DNA of 64,000 bases, taken from assembly GCA_016700095.1 (NCBI GenBank), contig CP065002.1, positions 1,060,145-1,124,144 of the forward strand, in the 5' to 3' direction. The notes under the pieces were generated by a model. The model did not search any database and had not been told where the DNA came from. It saw nothing but the letters and a program-made list of their open reading frames with translations. A program made the translations under genes and the position numbers. How positions within the stretch are numbered: the stretch's first letter is position 1; each line of letters begins with the position of its first letter. This stretch comes from Candidatus Woesebacteria bacterium (lineage in GTDB: Bacteria; Patescibacteriota; Microgenomatia; UBA8517). Shown here in pieces: positions 1 through 10,071 of the stretch.

Positions 1-401
1 AAATACTGGGCCCTCAAAAAGTTTCAAAAACGTTACTCCTACTGCCATTGAGCCCACCATTGTTTTTATGTAAGCTAACAAAGTACGTTCGTTTGCCATT
101 GCTGTTCTCTCAAGAGCGAGTTGATCTCGAAGAATTATTTCATTATTGGTTGATACATGATTCAAAGCATTCATGGGTCTTAGTTACTTTAACATGTAAA
201 TTATATAACTTATAGTGTTAGCGTTGTTTCACTACTTCACTTATTAAGATAAATACTATTTTGTTACTTCAATTTATTAAACACACTAGTGTATTATATT
301 GAGAAAGAGATACAGGAAACAGCTTCTTTTTTGTGTTTTATTGTTTGTCCTTAATGGACTATTTAAAATTTATTACTTTAGGAACTAAACGTGTAATTGT
401 A

Positions 402-1098
402 TTAGGATCTTTTTTTCAAAAACTCTCTGGTGGCTGGGGACTCATCAATTTTATCTATATTAAATCCCGATTTTATAAACAAATTGATATAGTAGTCTAA
501 AGGTCGATGGATAAAACTGAACCTGAGATTTTTATCTCCCTGAATTGAAAACGAAAACTTTTTTATTTTAAAATATCCTTTAAGATCAGAAAAACCTTCT
601 CTTTTGTTTATATTCCAATAACTTGCAAGCCAGAAATGGAACCAATAAGTTGGATGGGGGTTTGATACAACTAATACCCCATTTGTTTTTAATACTCTTT
701 TAAATTCTTTTAATAGTGTTTCTGGTTTTTCAATAAACATAAATACATACTTGCAAAGTATTTTGTCAAAAGTCCCATTATTAAATGGTAACCTCTTGTT
801 TAGATCTGCAACTATAAATTCAACATTTTGATAATGTATTTTAATCTGAGACCAACTTCTCCGCTCCGTCTATGCCTGTTACTTGTGCACCTCTCGCAGC
901 TAAGAGATTGCTGAATTCTCCTGTCCCACTACCAGCATCTAGTATTCTTTTACCTTTTATGTTTCCCAAAAGTTTTAAACAAGAAGGAAAATTTACTAGT
1001 TCTTCGTACGGATCCAGCCCGCCAAGTCGTAATTTAGAATACGATTTAGAGGATTCATTCCATTGACTTATATAGTTAATATTTTTCATTAAGCACAT
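402..1098 (-). pseudogene. Class I SAM-dependent methyltransferase interrupted by a frameshift (ORFs 841..1098 and 402..740; the open frame of the downstream part continues through 741..840)
   Basis: The N-terminal ORF carries motif I (ILDAGSGTGEFSNLLAARGAQVTGID). The downstream frame reads QNVEFIVADLNKRLPFNNGTFDKILCKYVFMFIEKPETLLKEFKRVLKTNGVLVVS, the post-I/II region of the same fold. The two parts are in different frames with a stop at 841-843, and the shift lies near 843-850. Confidence 0.5.
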
Positions 1099-1509
1099 TG
1101 TAGCATCAAAGCGTGTTGAAATTTGAATGAATAGGTATAAAAACCTTACACAAAGAAGATTTAATAACCCATCAGAGAGTCGAACTTTTTTAACCCCATA
1201 ACACGAAAAAAACTACAAAACTTAATAATCCAGCCTCGTGTGACCCCACCTAAATAGATTAAAACTCGCACTATTTATCCAATAATATTTAACACACTAA
1301 CCTATCGTTGGGAGAAGATAATATGATTCTCACCACCCCACAACTACCTCTGATAATTTGAGATATGAGGCCATTTTAGCTCACATACCCACCGATTCAA
1401 CTAGGAAAAACTAGCGGGTATTTCACGTCTAGACTTTGTCAGAGTTTGCGGAAATGTTTGTATAGAGCGCCTTTATGTAAAGGGGGAATTAAAGTAAAAT
1501 ACGATTAAT

Positions 1510-2004
1510 ATGATTTTAGATAACTATAAAGAATTTCTGGATAAATTGTTTACTGATATCCACTCCGAGAAGATTGATGTCTCTGGTTATTATTTGGATC
1601 ATTTTGGCTACCAATGCTCGTCAAATGACGACTACGATAATTTGAAACCAGAACTACAAAAAGTTGCTGAAATGATATCTGAGAATGTAGTTGGTGGCAG
1701 GAGAGTAGGCATTTTTAAGCTCAATACTCCACTTATATATAACAATAAGGAAATTCCAGCAGTTGAGCTGGTTGCCCCTAAAGAAGCTCAAGTTTGTCCT
1801 TCAGCGCTAGAACATGCTGAATTTGTTATAGATACTGATTTCGATTCATTTATTAAGAAGTATCCAAACTTAGATTGGGACTTAAATGCTATTAACCAAC
1901 CAACATTCCCCATGGTTAAACTAAAACTATCTGAAAACACTCAGGTTAAATTTCATTTGAGGCCAGTGTTGGATATTATTGAAGACGAAAAGAAAAATGA
2001 TTAA
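1510..2004 (+). CDS. Hypothetical protein (164 aa)
   Basis: Long ORF that overlaps the next gene by 26 nt. No motif I can name. Confidence 0.4.
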   Translation: MILDNYKEFLDKLFTDIHSEKIDVSGYYLDHFGYQCSSNDDYDNLKPELQKVAEMISENVVGGRRVGIFKLNTPLIYNNKEIPAVELVAPKEAQVCPSALEHAEFVIDTDFDSFIKKYPNLDWDLNAINQPTFPMVKLKLSENTQVKFHLRPVLDIIEDEKKND

Positions 2005-2608
2005 ATTTGTATATTTCGATGTTGGCGGAGTTGTAATCAGGGATTTTAGTGGAACAAATAAATGGGAAGAACTCAAAACTGAAATGGGTATTAAACCCGA
2101 ACAAGCAGAAGAGTTTAACGAGATTTTTGATAAATACGAACCCGAAGTTTGTGTTGGGAGAGATGTTGAAACCTTAGTTCCCATACTCCGAAAAAAACTA
2201 GGTTTAGAATTGCCTACAAATTACTCGTTCCTTCAAGACTTTGTTAGTAGATTTGAGAAAAACGAATCAATCTGGTCAGTTATCGAAAAGGTGAAAGAAA
2301 AATACAAGGTCGGACTATTGACTAACATGTATCCAAATATGCTGGATGAAATTTACAAAGCCGGTTTAGTGCCAGATGTTACTTGGGATGTTGTTATTGA
2401 TTCGAGTATAGAAAAGGTGAGAAAGCCTCAAACGGAAATTTTCCAATTAGCTCAAGAGAGATCAGGATTTAAGGGAGAAGAGATCCTTTTCATAGACAAT
2501 GGAGCAAAGCATGTTGATGCAGCCAAAGCGTTTGGTTGGCAAGGTTTTGTATATGATCCCAACAATATCGAGAAATCAAACAAAAATTTAGAAGCAATTT
2601 TTCTCTAG
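1979..2608 (+). CDS. HAD superfamily hydrolase (subfamily IA-like)
   Basis: N-terminal motif I variant FDVGGVVI, a KVGLLTN motif, and a C-terminal FIDNGAKHVDAAKAFGW segment typical of HAD phosphatases. Confidence 0.7.
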   Translation: MKTKRKMIKFVYFDVGGVVIRDFSGTNKWEELKTEMGIKPEQAEEFNEIFDKYEPEVCVGRDVETLVPILRKKLGLELPTNYSFLQDFVSRFEKNESIWSVIEKVKEKYKVGLLTNMYPNMLDEIYKAGLVPDVTWDVVIDSSIEKVRKPQTEIFQLAQERSGFKGEEILFIDNGAKHVDAAKAFGWQGFVYDPNNIEKSNKNLEAIFL

Positions 2609-2848
2609 CCTAGAGCAAATCTTTACAGTACACAACGGTATTTTTTGTATTCGGTGTCCCATTGGGATAAATTCATATATTGCAGGATCTAAAACAGAAT
2701 TTCGAACATATCGAAAGAAAAATTGGCAATCTTTATCGGACTTTTTGGTGCAGACCAACGGGTCGCGCTGAACCATGAGAAATTTATGACCCCACCCGGA
2801 TGGATTCGGCAAGCTCACCATTTATCCCGAGTGGGTACTTTAACAAGC

Positions 2849-3125
2849 TCAAGATTTACTAAGCTTTATTAGCAAATCAATATCTCCTTCTATTAATGCT
2901 TTCTTCTTTGCTCTTGACCATTTTTTAAGTTGAATCTCTCTATTTTCCGCCTCTTTTCTAGTTTCATATTTCTCAAAGTAAATTAGTTTCAATTCAGAAA
3001 ACTTTTTTGTGGCAATGTTTTGTTCTGCTTTGTGTGACGCAAGTCTCTTATTAATATCTAAAGTCTAACCAATATAGTAGGTTTTCTGATCGCAAAGAAG
3101 TATATACACATACCACATACTTCAT
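2849..3125 (-). pseudogene. GIY-YIG nuclease remnant (frameshift plus in-frame TAG)
   Basis: The minus-strand translation starts MKYVVCVYTSLRSENLLY. After a -1 shift and a TAG it continues IG*TLDINKRLASHKAEQ...REIQLKKWSRAKKKALIEG. This matches the intact GIY-YIG paralog at 54293..54601 (YVYIL...LYIGVTNNLERRMYEHK...KQLKKWNR). Confidence 0.5.
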
Positions 3126-3148
3126 TATTGTGCGAAACCCTGATTATA

Positions 3149-3248
3149 AGAAGAGTAGTAAATCCTGAGCATTAGAAGGGTAGTTAACCCTGAGTATTAG
3201 AAGGGTAGTTAACCCTGAGTATTAGAAGGGTAGTTAACCCTGAGCTTG
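3149..3248. repeat. Tandem repeat, about 4 copies of a 25-bp unit (agaagggtagttaaccctgagtatt); the first copy is degenerate
   Basis: Direct reading. The unit resembles the tRNA-Glu flank gaagggtga. Confidence 0.8.
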
Positions 3249-3256
3249 TCGAAGGG

Positions 3257-3329
3257 TGACCCCACCCGGATTTGAACCGGGGTTTCTTGGATGAGAACCA
3301 AGTGTCCTAGGCCTCTAGACGATGGGGCC
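3257..3329 (-). tRNA. tRNA-Glu (anticodon CTC)
   Basis: The reverse complement reads GGCCCCATCGTCTAGAGGCCTAGGACACTTGGTTCTCATCCAAGAAACCCCGGTTCAAATCCGGGTGGGGTCACC. Acceptor and T stems pair, the T loop is TTCAAAT, and the anticodon loop TTCTCAT gives anticodon CTC. Confidence 0.85.
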
Positions 3330-3517
3330 AATAAATTGGCTATTATCAAAACACACCCTAAACACACATGACAACAAGGTGTATGGTAAACGGTTACTTA
3401 TTATGTGTAAAAATGGTAAACATAAACCGTTTCCATACTTTTGTATCAACCACCAGTATATTTTACCTTGAGCATAAGACAAACACAATTTTTATCACAA
3501 AATGTTAAGCTAGTAAT

Positions 3518-4183
3518 ATGCAAAATTATAAAAACGAAATTCTATTCCTAATTTTTACAATTCCGGCAACTATCGTACTGCTTTTGTTTATTGCAACATA
3601 TTCTACTAAGCAACCAAGTGAAGTTAACAATGCAAACGCAAGTTCTTACTTAGCCACAATTACGGTAAATCCCAGTCCCACACCTCAACCGACCATAACG
3701 CCATCACCCAGTCCAATACCTACAATCGACTGGGGCGGTGAAAAAATCAGTGCATATATAACCTTTTATGGATGGCCCGACAACACCCCATCAGGGAATG
3801 CTATCGCGTATCCAAACAGCAGATATAGCCAAACGTTACATAATTGGGCAAGTGGCATAGGAACATTTAATGATCCACTGACAATTGCAACCGATCCCAG
3901 TTTTCTTGCTATTGGAACAAAAATTTATATTCCGCTTCTTCAAAAATACGGAATAGTTGAGGATCTTTGTGAAGGTTGTGTAAACAATGTACAAGAAAGC
4001 GGTAGAAATCATATCGATGTCTGGATGGAAAGTAATGATAACCATTCGCAAAGTTTAGTGGCATGTCAGCATTACTGGACAAGACAAATCTCTACTGTTG
4101 TTATACATCCATCCCACAATCTTCCGGTAAATTCCTTACCACTTTTTAACAAAGATACCGGTGAGTGCTTGAAGACTATTTAG
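3518..4183 (+). CDS. Secreted or membrane-anchored protein with a Pro/Thr-rich linker and a C-terminal 3D/DPBB-like (MltA/YuiC-like) domain
   Basis: N-terminal TM helix and a PSPTPQPTITPSPSPIPT linker. The C-terminal region has a conserved Asp pattern (GTKIYIPLL...IVEDLCEGC...HIDVWMES) resembling the 3D domain of cell-wall-binding proteins. Confidence 0.45.
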   Translation: MQNYKNEILFLIFTIPATIVLLLFIATYSTKQPSEVNNANASSYLATITVNPSPTPQPTITPSPSPIPTIDWGGEKISAYITFYGWPDNTPSGNAIAYPNSRYSQTLHNWASGIGTFNDPLTIATDPSFLAIGTKIYIPLLQKYGIVEDLCEGCVNNVQESGRNHIDVWMESNDNHSQSLVACQHYWTRQISTVVIHPSHNLPVNSLPLFNKDTGECLKTI

Positions 4184-4191
4184 AAGAAGGG

Positions 4192-6687
4192 TTAATTTGC
4201 GGCTAAATAAGTCGGCCTTTGTATGGCACTATTTCTCACCACTCCGTCAATCGGCCATTTAACAAGTGCAATTTTCAAAACATCATCAAGATTATCTGCA
4301 AACACAAACTTAATGTCTTTTTTAACTTTGTCGGGTACATCTTCCATATCTTTTTTGTTGTCCTTGGGTAAGATGATAGTTTTCAAACCTGCACGATGCC
4401 CTGCAATAACTTTTTCTTTGACACCGCCAATTTCCAAAACTCTACCTCTTAGAGTCACTTCTCCGGTCATCCCGACCCACCTTCTAACAGCAATACCGGT
4501 AAGCGCTGAGACCAAAGCTGTTGTCATCGCGATTCCGGCTGATGGTCCATCCTTGGGAACGGCTCCTTCGGGTACATGGATATGAACATCGATTTTTCTT
4601 CCGAAATTCTCTTTAAGTCCAAGTATGTTCCAATTTGCCTTTGCCCAGGTAAATGCGGCGGTTGCTGATTCTTTCATTACATCACCCAATTGCCCGGTTA
4701 GAGTAAGTTTTCCAATACCCGGCATCAATGACACTTCAATAAACAATATTTCGCCACCGGATGCGGTTACTGCAAGCCCCGTTGACATACCGATCTCATT
4801 GTTTTTTTCGGCAATCAGTGAGTTGTATTTTTGTGGACCTAAAAACTTACGTACATCAGTTGGTGTTATTTTGGTGGGATATTTTTTCTTTTCGGCAACC
4901 AAACGAGCTATCTTTCTGCAAATTGTGGCAACATTTCGTTCCAGATTCCTTACACCCGCTTCTCTGGTATAGCTTGAAATAATTTCATTTATTGATTTTG
5001 AATCAATCTTAATATTTCTATCGTCCAAACCATGTACTCTAAGTTGCTTGGGAATAAGGAAATCTTTTGCTATATCAAACTTTTCATCAATGGTATAACC
5101 GGGGAAATTTATAACTTCCATTCTGTCTCGAAGCGGTCCCGGGATCGTATCGAGAACGTTCCCTGTACAAATGAACATGACATCACTTAGATCATAAGGT
5201 ACTTCCAAATAGTGATCCGAAAATTCTCTGTTTTGTTCTGGATCAAGCGCTTCCAAAAGCGCACTGCTTGGATCACCTCTAAAGTCAACACCAAGTTTGT
5301 CAACCTCGTCGAGCATAAAAACAGGATTTTTTGTCCCCGCGTTTTTTATACCTTGTATAATTCTTCCGGGAAGAGCACCGACATACGTTCTTCTGTGTCC
5401 TCTAATTTCGGCCTCATCTCTCACACCTCCGAGGGATACTCTTACAAATTCACGTCCCATTGCGTGCGCAATCGATTTGCCTATCGAGGTTTTTCCAACA
5501 CCCGGAGGGCCTATAAAACATAATATTGTCGGCTGAAACTCCTTGGGTTTGTCCTTTTTGAAACCACCCTCCTTGGCCATCTTTCTTTTATCGCTTTGTT
5601 CTTTTACTTTCATAACAGCTAAGTATTCAATAATTCTTTCTTTTGCTTTCCTCAGTCCGTAATGTTCATTTTCTAAAACATTAACTGCGTTTTTTATCGA
5701 TACATTATTTGAAGAAAACGTATTCCAGGGCATATCCGTTAACCAATCCAAGTAATTTCTTATATACCCGGTTTCGGGATTGTGAGGCGATAATCTTTCT
5801 AATTTCTTTAGTTCCTTTTCCGTTCTGTCTTTGACGTCTTTGGGCATGTTCGCCTTTTTTATTTTCTTTTTATATAATTTTATTTCTTCCGAGCCTTCTT
5901 CAATTTCCTCACCCAGTTCTTCATCGATCGTTTTTCTTTTCTCTCTGAGCATCGCTTTCCTCATTTGATTTTCGAATCTCTTTTGCGTTTTAACGGAAAT
6001 TGATCTCTCCAAATCCAGCACATTTACTTCGTGTGCAAGAAATTCCAACACCTTTTCGAGTCGTTGTTTGAGAGATAGAGTCTCTAATATTTTTTGTTTA
6101 TCCGAAGTTTTTAATTCAAGTAAAAAAGCAACCTGGTCGACAAGTTCAATCGACGATACGGGTCCGGAGACAAGCTTCATTACCGTCATGATTTCTGCTT
6201 GTTTCCCCAGATTAATCGAGTGTTTGAACAATTCACGTAGTTTTTTCGTCAAGGCTTTAGTTTCGGCATTTTCTTCAATGTTGTCTTCGACTTCAATAAC
6301 CTTACCGACTAGATATGGTTCAGAGGAAATTACTTGATTTAATCTAACCCGTGCCTGACCACGTACGACCGCATGAATTTCACCTTCAGTTGTCATCATT
6401 TGGTTAATTGTCGCGATAGTGCCAATCGGGAAAAGATCATCCAAATCCGGGTCAACAGTTCTTGCGTCCTTTTGAGCAAAGATGGCAACCACCTTATCTT
6501 CCTGGAAAGCTGCATTGACAGCAGCTAAACTTTTTTTACGTCCGAAGGATAAAACGGGTTCGGTATGGGGAAAAACTACGGTGCCACGTACGGCAACCAG
6601 TGGTACATTACGTGCAATTAATATTTTTTTGTCATCCATAATTTTGTAATATCTTAGCAGTCTATCAGCGGGTCTGCCAAATGTCAA
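4192..6687 (-). CDS. lon: ATP-dependent Lon protease
   Basis: 831 aa. LON N-domain, AAA+ Walker A GPPGVGKTS, and a C-terminal protease domain with catalytic Ser motif PKDGPSAGIAM. Confidence 0.95.
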   Translation of the reverse strand: MTFGRPADRLLRYYKIMDDKKILIARNVPLVAVRGTVVFPHTEPVLSFGRKKSLAAVNAAFQEDKVVAIFAQKDARTVDPDLDDLFPIGTIATINQMMTTEGEIHAVVRGQARVRLNQVISSEPYLVGKVIEVEDNIEENAETKALTKKLRELFKHSINLGKQAEIMTVMKLVSGPVSSIELVDQVAFLLELKTSDKQKILETLSLKQRLEKVLEFLAHEVNVLDLERSISVKTQKRFENQMRKAMLREKRKTIDEELGEEIEEGSEEIKLYKKKIKKANMPKDVKDRTEKELKKLERLSPHNPETGYIRNYLDWLTDMPWNTFSSNNVSIKNAVNVLENEHYGLRKAKERIIEYLAVMKVKEQSDKRKMAKEGGFKKDKPKEFQPTILCFIGPPGVGKTSIGKSIAHAMGREFVRVSLGGVRDEAEIRGHRRTYVGALPGRIIQGIKNAGTKNPVFMLDEVDKLGVDFRGDPSSALLEALDPEQNREFSDHYLEVPYDLSDVMFICTGNVLDTIPGPLRDRMEVINFPGYTIDEKFDIAKDFLIPKQLRVHGLDDRNIKIDSKSINEIISSYTREAGVRNLERNVATICRKIARLVAEKKKYPTKITPTDVRKFLGPQKYNSLIAEKNNEIGMSTGLAVTASGGEILFIEVSLMPGIGKLTLTGQLGDVMKESATAAFTWAKANWNILGLKENFGRKIDVHIHVPEGAVPKDGPSAGIAMTTALVSALTGIAVRRWVGMTGEVTLRGRVLEIGGVKEKVIAGHRAGLKTIILPKDNKKDMEDVPDKVKKDIKFVFADNLDDVLKIALVKWPIDGVVRNSAIQRPTYLAAN

Positions 6688-6715
6688 GGTGATTTTATTG
6701 ATTAATAACTAGTTT

Positions 6716-7234
6716 TCAACTGCGATGTCTTTTTTTTGTCTTCCTTTTTGCGATTAGATTATTAACATGCATTTTGCTTATTGAGTATGCAACAATAATT
6801 CCAATTGCAGCTCCCGCAATTATATCAAATGGATAATGTACATTGCCAATTACTCGGCCAATTCCCACTAAAACTGCACATAGTGCAAAAAGGGCACCGA
6901 TTTTTTTGTTGTGCAAATAAACGCTGGCAGCGATCGAAAAAGCTACAGCCGAATGCGACGAGGGAAATGACCCGTTGGTTTTAAACAGACTAATGGTAAT
7001 TGGAGGCATACCGTTTACCTGGTAAGGACGAAGCGTGGGAAACAGGGTTTTGATAATTTCGGTTATTACCCACGCAACCATAACCGCGATAACCGTGTGA
7101 AGTACGAGTTCTTTTTTAACCCTACCATCAATTACCCACAAAATTGCCAATCCAAAAAACATCAGCCAAATTAGGATGCTTGCAAAAAAAGTAATATAAA
7201 TATTTGTGTTACTGGATAAAACTGCAGGATTCAT
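6716..7234 (-). CDS. PAP2-family phosphatase (undecaprenyl-diphosphate/phosphatidylglycerophosphate phosphatase-like)
   Basis: Multi-TM protein with PAP2 motifs SFPSSHS and GRVIGNVHYPFD. Confidence 0.8.
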   Translation of the reverse strand: MNPAVLSSNTNIYITFFASILIWLMFFGLAILWVIDGRVKKELVLHTVIAVMVAWVITEIIKTLFPTLRPYQVNGMPPITISLFKTNGSFPSSHSAVAFSIAASVYLHNKKIGALFALCAVLVGIGRVIGNVHYPFDIIAGAAIGIIVAYSISKMHVNNLIAKRKTKKRHRS

Positions 7235-7235
7235 T

Positions 7236-7913
7236 TTACTCGTGAATTACCACTCTGGTTCCCTGATTATCTTTGTCAGATTTGACCGACCACTTCCCCG
7301 AAGGTAGCGTGGGAGAAGCCCAATCATACAGCTTAGCTGCTTCACTAACAGGTAAATTTACACATCCATGAGACCGCGGGGTACCAAATTCATTATGCCA
7401 ATAAGCTCCGTGAATTCCATAGCCTTTCCATCCGGGCACACTATCATTCTCAAAAAACATAACGTAGGGAACATTTGGCAAATTATAATAATACCTACCT
7501 TCTCCACCTTCCATTTTTGTAGCACGTAATTTTATCCAAATTCTAAATTCACCGGTTGGTGTCTTCCACCATTTTAGACCCGAGGATATCGGTGTTTGCA
7601 TGTATTGCGTATTTCCTTCCCAAGCAATTAGTTTTTGCTCCGATAAATCAACTTCTATCCATCGCTCCTCGCTTGATACACCCAAAACGGCAGTCTCACG
7701 CATCGCCAATACTTCATCGGGGACAGAAATTTTTTTATTTTCAAAATATGCAACATCTCCTGTCAGATCAGGTATACCGGAAATATCAAAAGGTGCACAT
7801 GCTTGTTGAATTTCATACGGAGCTTGTTTTACGGTTGGCTTATTAAATAGTTGTGTAAACAAGATAATTAGTAAAGTAGAAGAAGCTAAAATTAACAGAA
7901 AGTTTTTATGCAT
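7236..7913 (-). CDS. L,D-transpeptidase (YkuD family)
   Basis: Signal/TM region at the N-terminus. Catalytic motif GTPRSHGCVNL near the C-terminus. Confidence 0.85.
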   Translation of the reverse strand: MHKNFLLILASSTLLIILFTQLFNKPTVKQAPYEIQQACAPFDISGIPDLTGDVAYFENKKISVPDEVLAMRETAVLGVSSEERWIEVDLSEQKLIAWEGNTQYMQTPISSGLKWWKTPTGEFRIWIKLRATKMEGGEGRYYYNLPNVPYVMFFENDSVPGWKGYGIHGAYWHNEFGTPRSHGCVNLPVSEAAKLYDWASPTLPSGKWSVKSDKDNQGTRVVIHE

Positions 7914-8156
7914 TTATATCAGACTACAACAAATAAAAACTTTTTAAAAGTGCTTGTGGAAAATCGACTGAATTAGAATAATTTTCAACCATGCTTCGTA
8001 CGACTTTTTACGGCTCTTACATTTATTCTTTTAGCTAAATAAGTATTTTAGATTTGGACAATATACCTCGTTTATATTAATCACCGAATATATTTACTAA
8101 ATTAAGACAAAAGCACCCAGTCTGCCATTTTCATTTGTTTAATATATAATAATTCC

Positions 8157-8522
8157 ATGGGCTTACGACATTCAACTCAAAAAAGTTTTCGATATGCATT
8201 TTCTGGTATCAAAACCGCCTACATTAGCGAACCAAATCTAAGAATACATACAGTCATGGGTACACTTGCAGTGCTTTTCGGAATCGTACTAAAACTATCA
8301 CAAACAGAATGGCTTCTTTTGGTATTTACCATTTTTTACGTGATTACACTTGAACTTATGAATACAGTGCTCGAGGCAATTGTTGATCTTGTTAGTCCCG
8401 AAGTTAAAAATGCAGCAAAAACAGCAAAAGACGTATCCGCTGCGATGGTATTAATTGCCGCTTTTATGTCAATAATTGTCGGAGTTACTCTCTTTCTCCC
8501 CAAAATTATCGCTTTAGTCTAA
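8157..8522 (+). CDS. dgkA: Diacylglycerol kinase
   Basis: 121-aa three-TM protein. Motifs ITLELMNTVLEAIVD and AKDVSAAMVLIAA are typical of DgkA. Confidence 0.8.
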   Translation: MGLRHSTQKSFRYAFSGIKTAYISEPNLRIHTVMGTLAVLFGIVLKLSQTEWLLLVFTIFYVITLELMNTVLEAIVDLVSPEVKNAAKTAKDVSAAMVLIAAFMSIIVGVTLFLPKIIALV

Positions 8523-9275
8523 AAACACAACAACTAAAACACCGACAAATAAACAGTAATAAGAAAAATATCTGAATTTATTAGTATCTAATAGTTTTAT
8601 CACCCAAGCAATTGCTATGTAACCCGATATCACAGCCGCCAAAAAACCAGCCGAATAAGTAATAACGTTAATCTCAGAAACATTACCATATTTCACAAAT
8701 TGTAAAATGTTGGCTCCGATAATGGCGGGAATTGATAGTAGGAAGCTAAATTTCGCCGCTTCTTGTGCTTTGAGACCATATTTCGTACCTGCAAAAATGG
8801 TAGATCCGGATCGAGATATGCCCGGTGTAATGGCAATTGCCTGAAAAAGTCCGATAACGAAAGATGTTTTCATGGGATTTTTCACATCCGCAAAACCGAT
8901 CGACCGCTTCTTAATGTTTTTATCCGTTAGGTAGTTTAGAAAAGCTGTAATCATTAACATAAGTCCTACCAATTTTGCATTATCAAACAGCAATTCAATC
9001 GAATCACTAAAAAGAAAACCGACAACAGTAGCAGGTAAAGTTGCACACCCCAAGAAAAAATAATCCCTGAAAGTAAGTTTAAGAATATCTTTATAAAAAT
9101 AAATGATAACAGCAAGCAGTGTACCGGCATGTAAAAATACATCAAATAGCACTCCAGGCTGGCTGAAACCCGGGACTATTTGTTGAGCAATCACAAGATG
9201 ACCGGACGAGGAAACCGGGAAAAATTCAGTAAAGCCTTGCAATATTCCAAGTAATGTTGGGTATAGTAATTCCAT
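8514..9275 (-). CDS. uppP: Undecaprenyl-diphosphatase
   Basis: Motifs VSSSGHL and GISRSGSTI in a polytopic membrane protein. Confidence 0.9.
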   Translation of the reverse strand: MELLYPTLLGILQGFTEFFPVSSSGHLVIAQQIVPGFSQPGVLFDVFLHAGTLLAVIIYFYKDILKLTFRDYFFLGCATLPATVVGFLFSDSIELLFDNAKLVGLMLMITAFLNYLTDKNIKKRSIGFADVKNPMKTSFVIGLFQAIAITPGISRSGSTIFAGTKYGLKAQEAAKFSFLLSIPAIIGANILQFVKYGNVSEINVITYSAGFLAAVISGYIAIAWVIKLLDTNKFRYFSYYCLFVGVLVVVFLD

Positions 9276-9372
9276 TTTTGATAATCTTGCGGATGTCGGT
9301 TTTTAAATTTGGCGCACTAATTAAACTCGCTTAGCTAAGTAATTAACTCCAAACTTTAACAACGTTGGTAGT

Positions 9373-10050
9373 TTATAATTCTATAGCATACTTTATCCAA
9401 TTGTCAGTCTTTAATTTATGTAAATCTACGGCATTATCCACCTTGAAATCTCCGATTTTCGTCCTTCTTAAATCTTCCAAGTAACCATACATGTTTAGTT
9501 TTCGTCCTACATCTCGAGCTATGGCGCGAATATATGTTCCGCTTGATACATCACAGTCAATAATAAGTTTGGGAAACTCATAATCGATTAGTTTAATAGA
9601 ATGAATCATTATTGTTCGTGGTTTAAGTTCTACTATATTTCCCTTTCTGGCCAACTGATAAGACTTTCTTCCTTTAACTTTGATTGCAGAAAAAATAGGT
9701 GGTATTTGTTTTTGTTCCCCAACGAAGCTATTTAAAACGGTCACAACTTTTGCACTACTTGGAATATTAATTTTGTCTATCTCAATTTTATTGATAACTC
9801 TCCCTTCAATATCGTCGGAATCCCTTTCTTCGCCGAGCATAAGTGTCGCAAGGTATGTTTTACTTGCATGATTGGTAAGAGAGTCTAATTTTTTTGTCGA
9901 GTCGCGACCCACAGCAATAATTAGTAGTCCAGTCGCATTTGGGTCAAGTGTACCGGCATGCCCCACTCTTTTTTCACCGGTAATCTTTCTAACCGAGTTC
10001 ACAACATCGTGTGAGGTAACGCCCTTACTTTTGTCGACCAACAAAAACAT
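9373..10050 (-). CDS. truB: tRNA pseudouridine(55) synthase
   Basis: LLVDKSKGVTSHDVV...HAGTLDPNATGLLIIAVG catalytic Asp motif. The C-terminal part is PUA-like. Confidence 0.9.
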   Translation of the reverse strand: MFLLVDKSKGVTSHDVVNSVRKITGEKRVGHAGTLDPNATGLLIIAVGRDSTKKLDSLTNHASKTYLATLMLGEERDSDDIEGRVINKIEIDKINIPSSAKVVTVLNSFVGEQKQIPPIFSAIKVKGRKSYQLARKGNIVELKPRTIMIHSIKLIDYEFPKLIIDCDVSSGTYIRAIARDVGRKLNMYGYLEDLRRTKIGDFKVDNAVDLHKLKTDNWIKYAIEL

Positions 10051-10071
10051 AATTTGATTATATAATAGTAC

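Noticed and set aside
1165-1196. tmRNA 5'-end-like motif on the minus strand (GGGGUUAAAAAAGUUCGAC...)
   Set aside because: Extending 3' from this point runs straight into the methyltransferase coding region. No matching T-arm or acceptor 3' end (GGTTCGAATCC...CCA) is found within about 400 nt on either strand. Treated as coincidental.
2789-2860. Second tRNA next to tRNA-Glu
   Set aside because: Only the last roughly 17 nt of the tRNA-Glu 3' end are present. The upstream sequence does not form a cloverleaf (no D arm and no canonical T loop). I read it as an att-like duplicate and not a gene.
4223-6337. Multiple 70-120-aa ORFs antisense to lon (4223, 4625, 4761, 5212, 5297, 6068)
   Set aside because: They are embedded in the opposite strand of a confidently identified, highly conserved gene. 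The same reasoning applies to antisense ORFs inside the two ATPases, the MCO, the aldolase, the terminase, the methyltransferases and the helicase.
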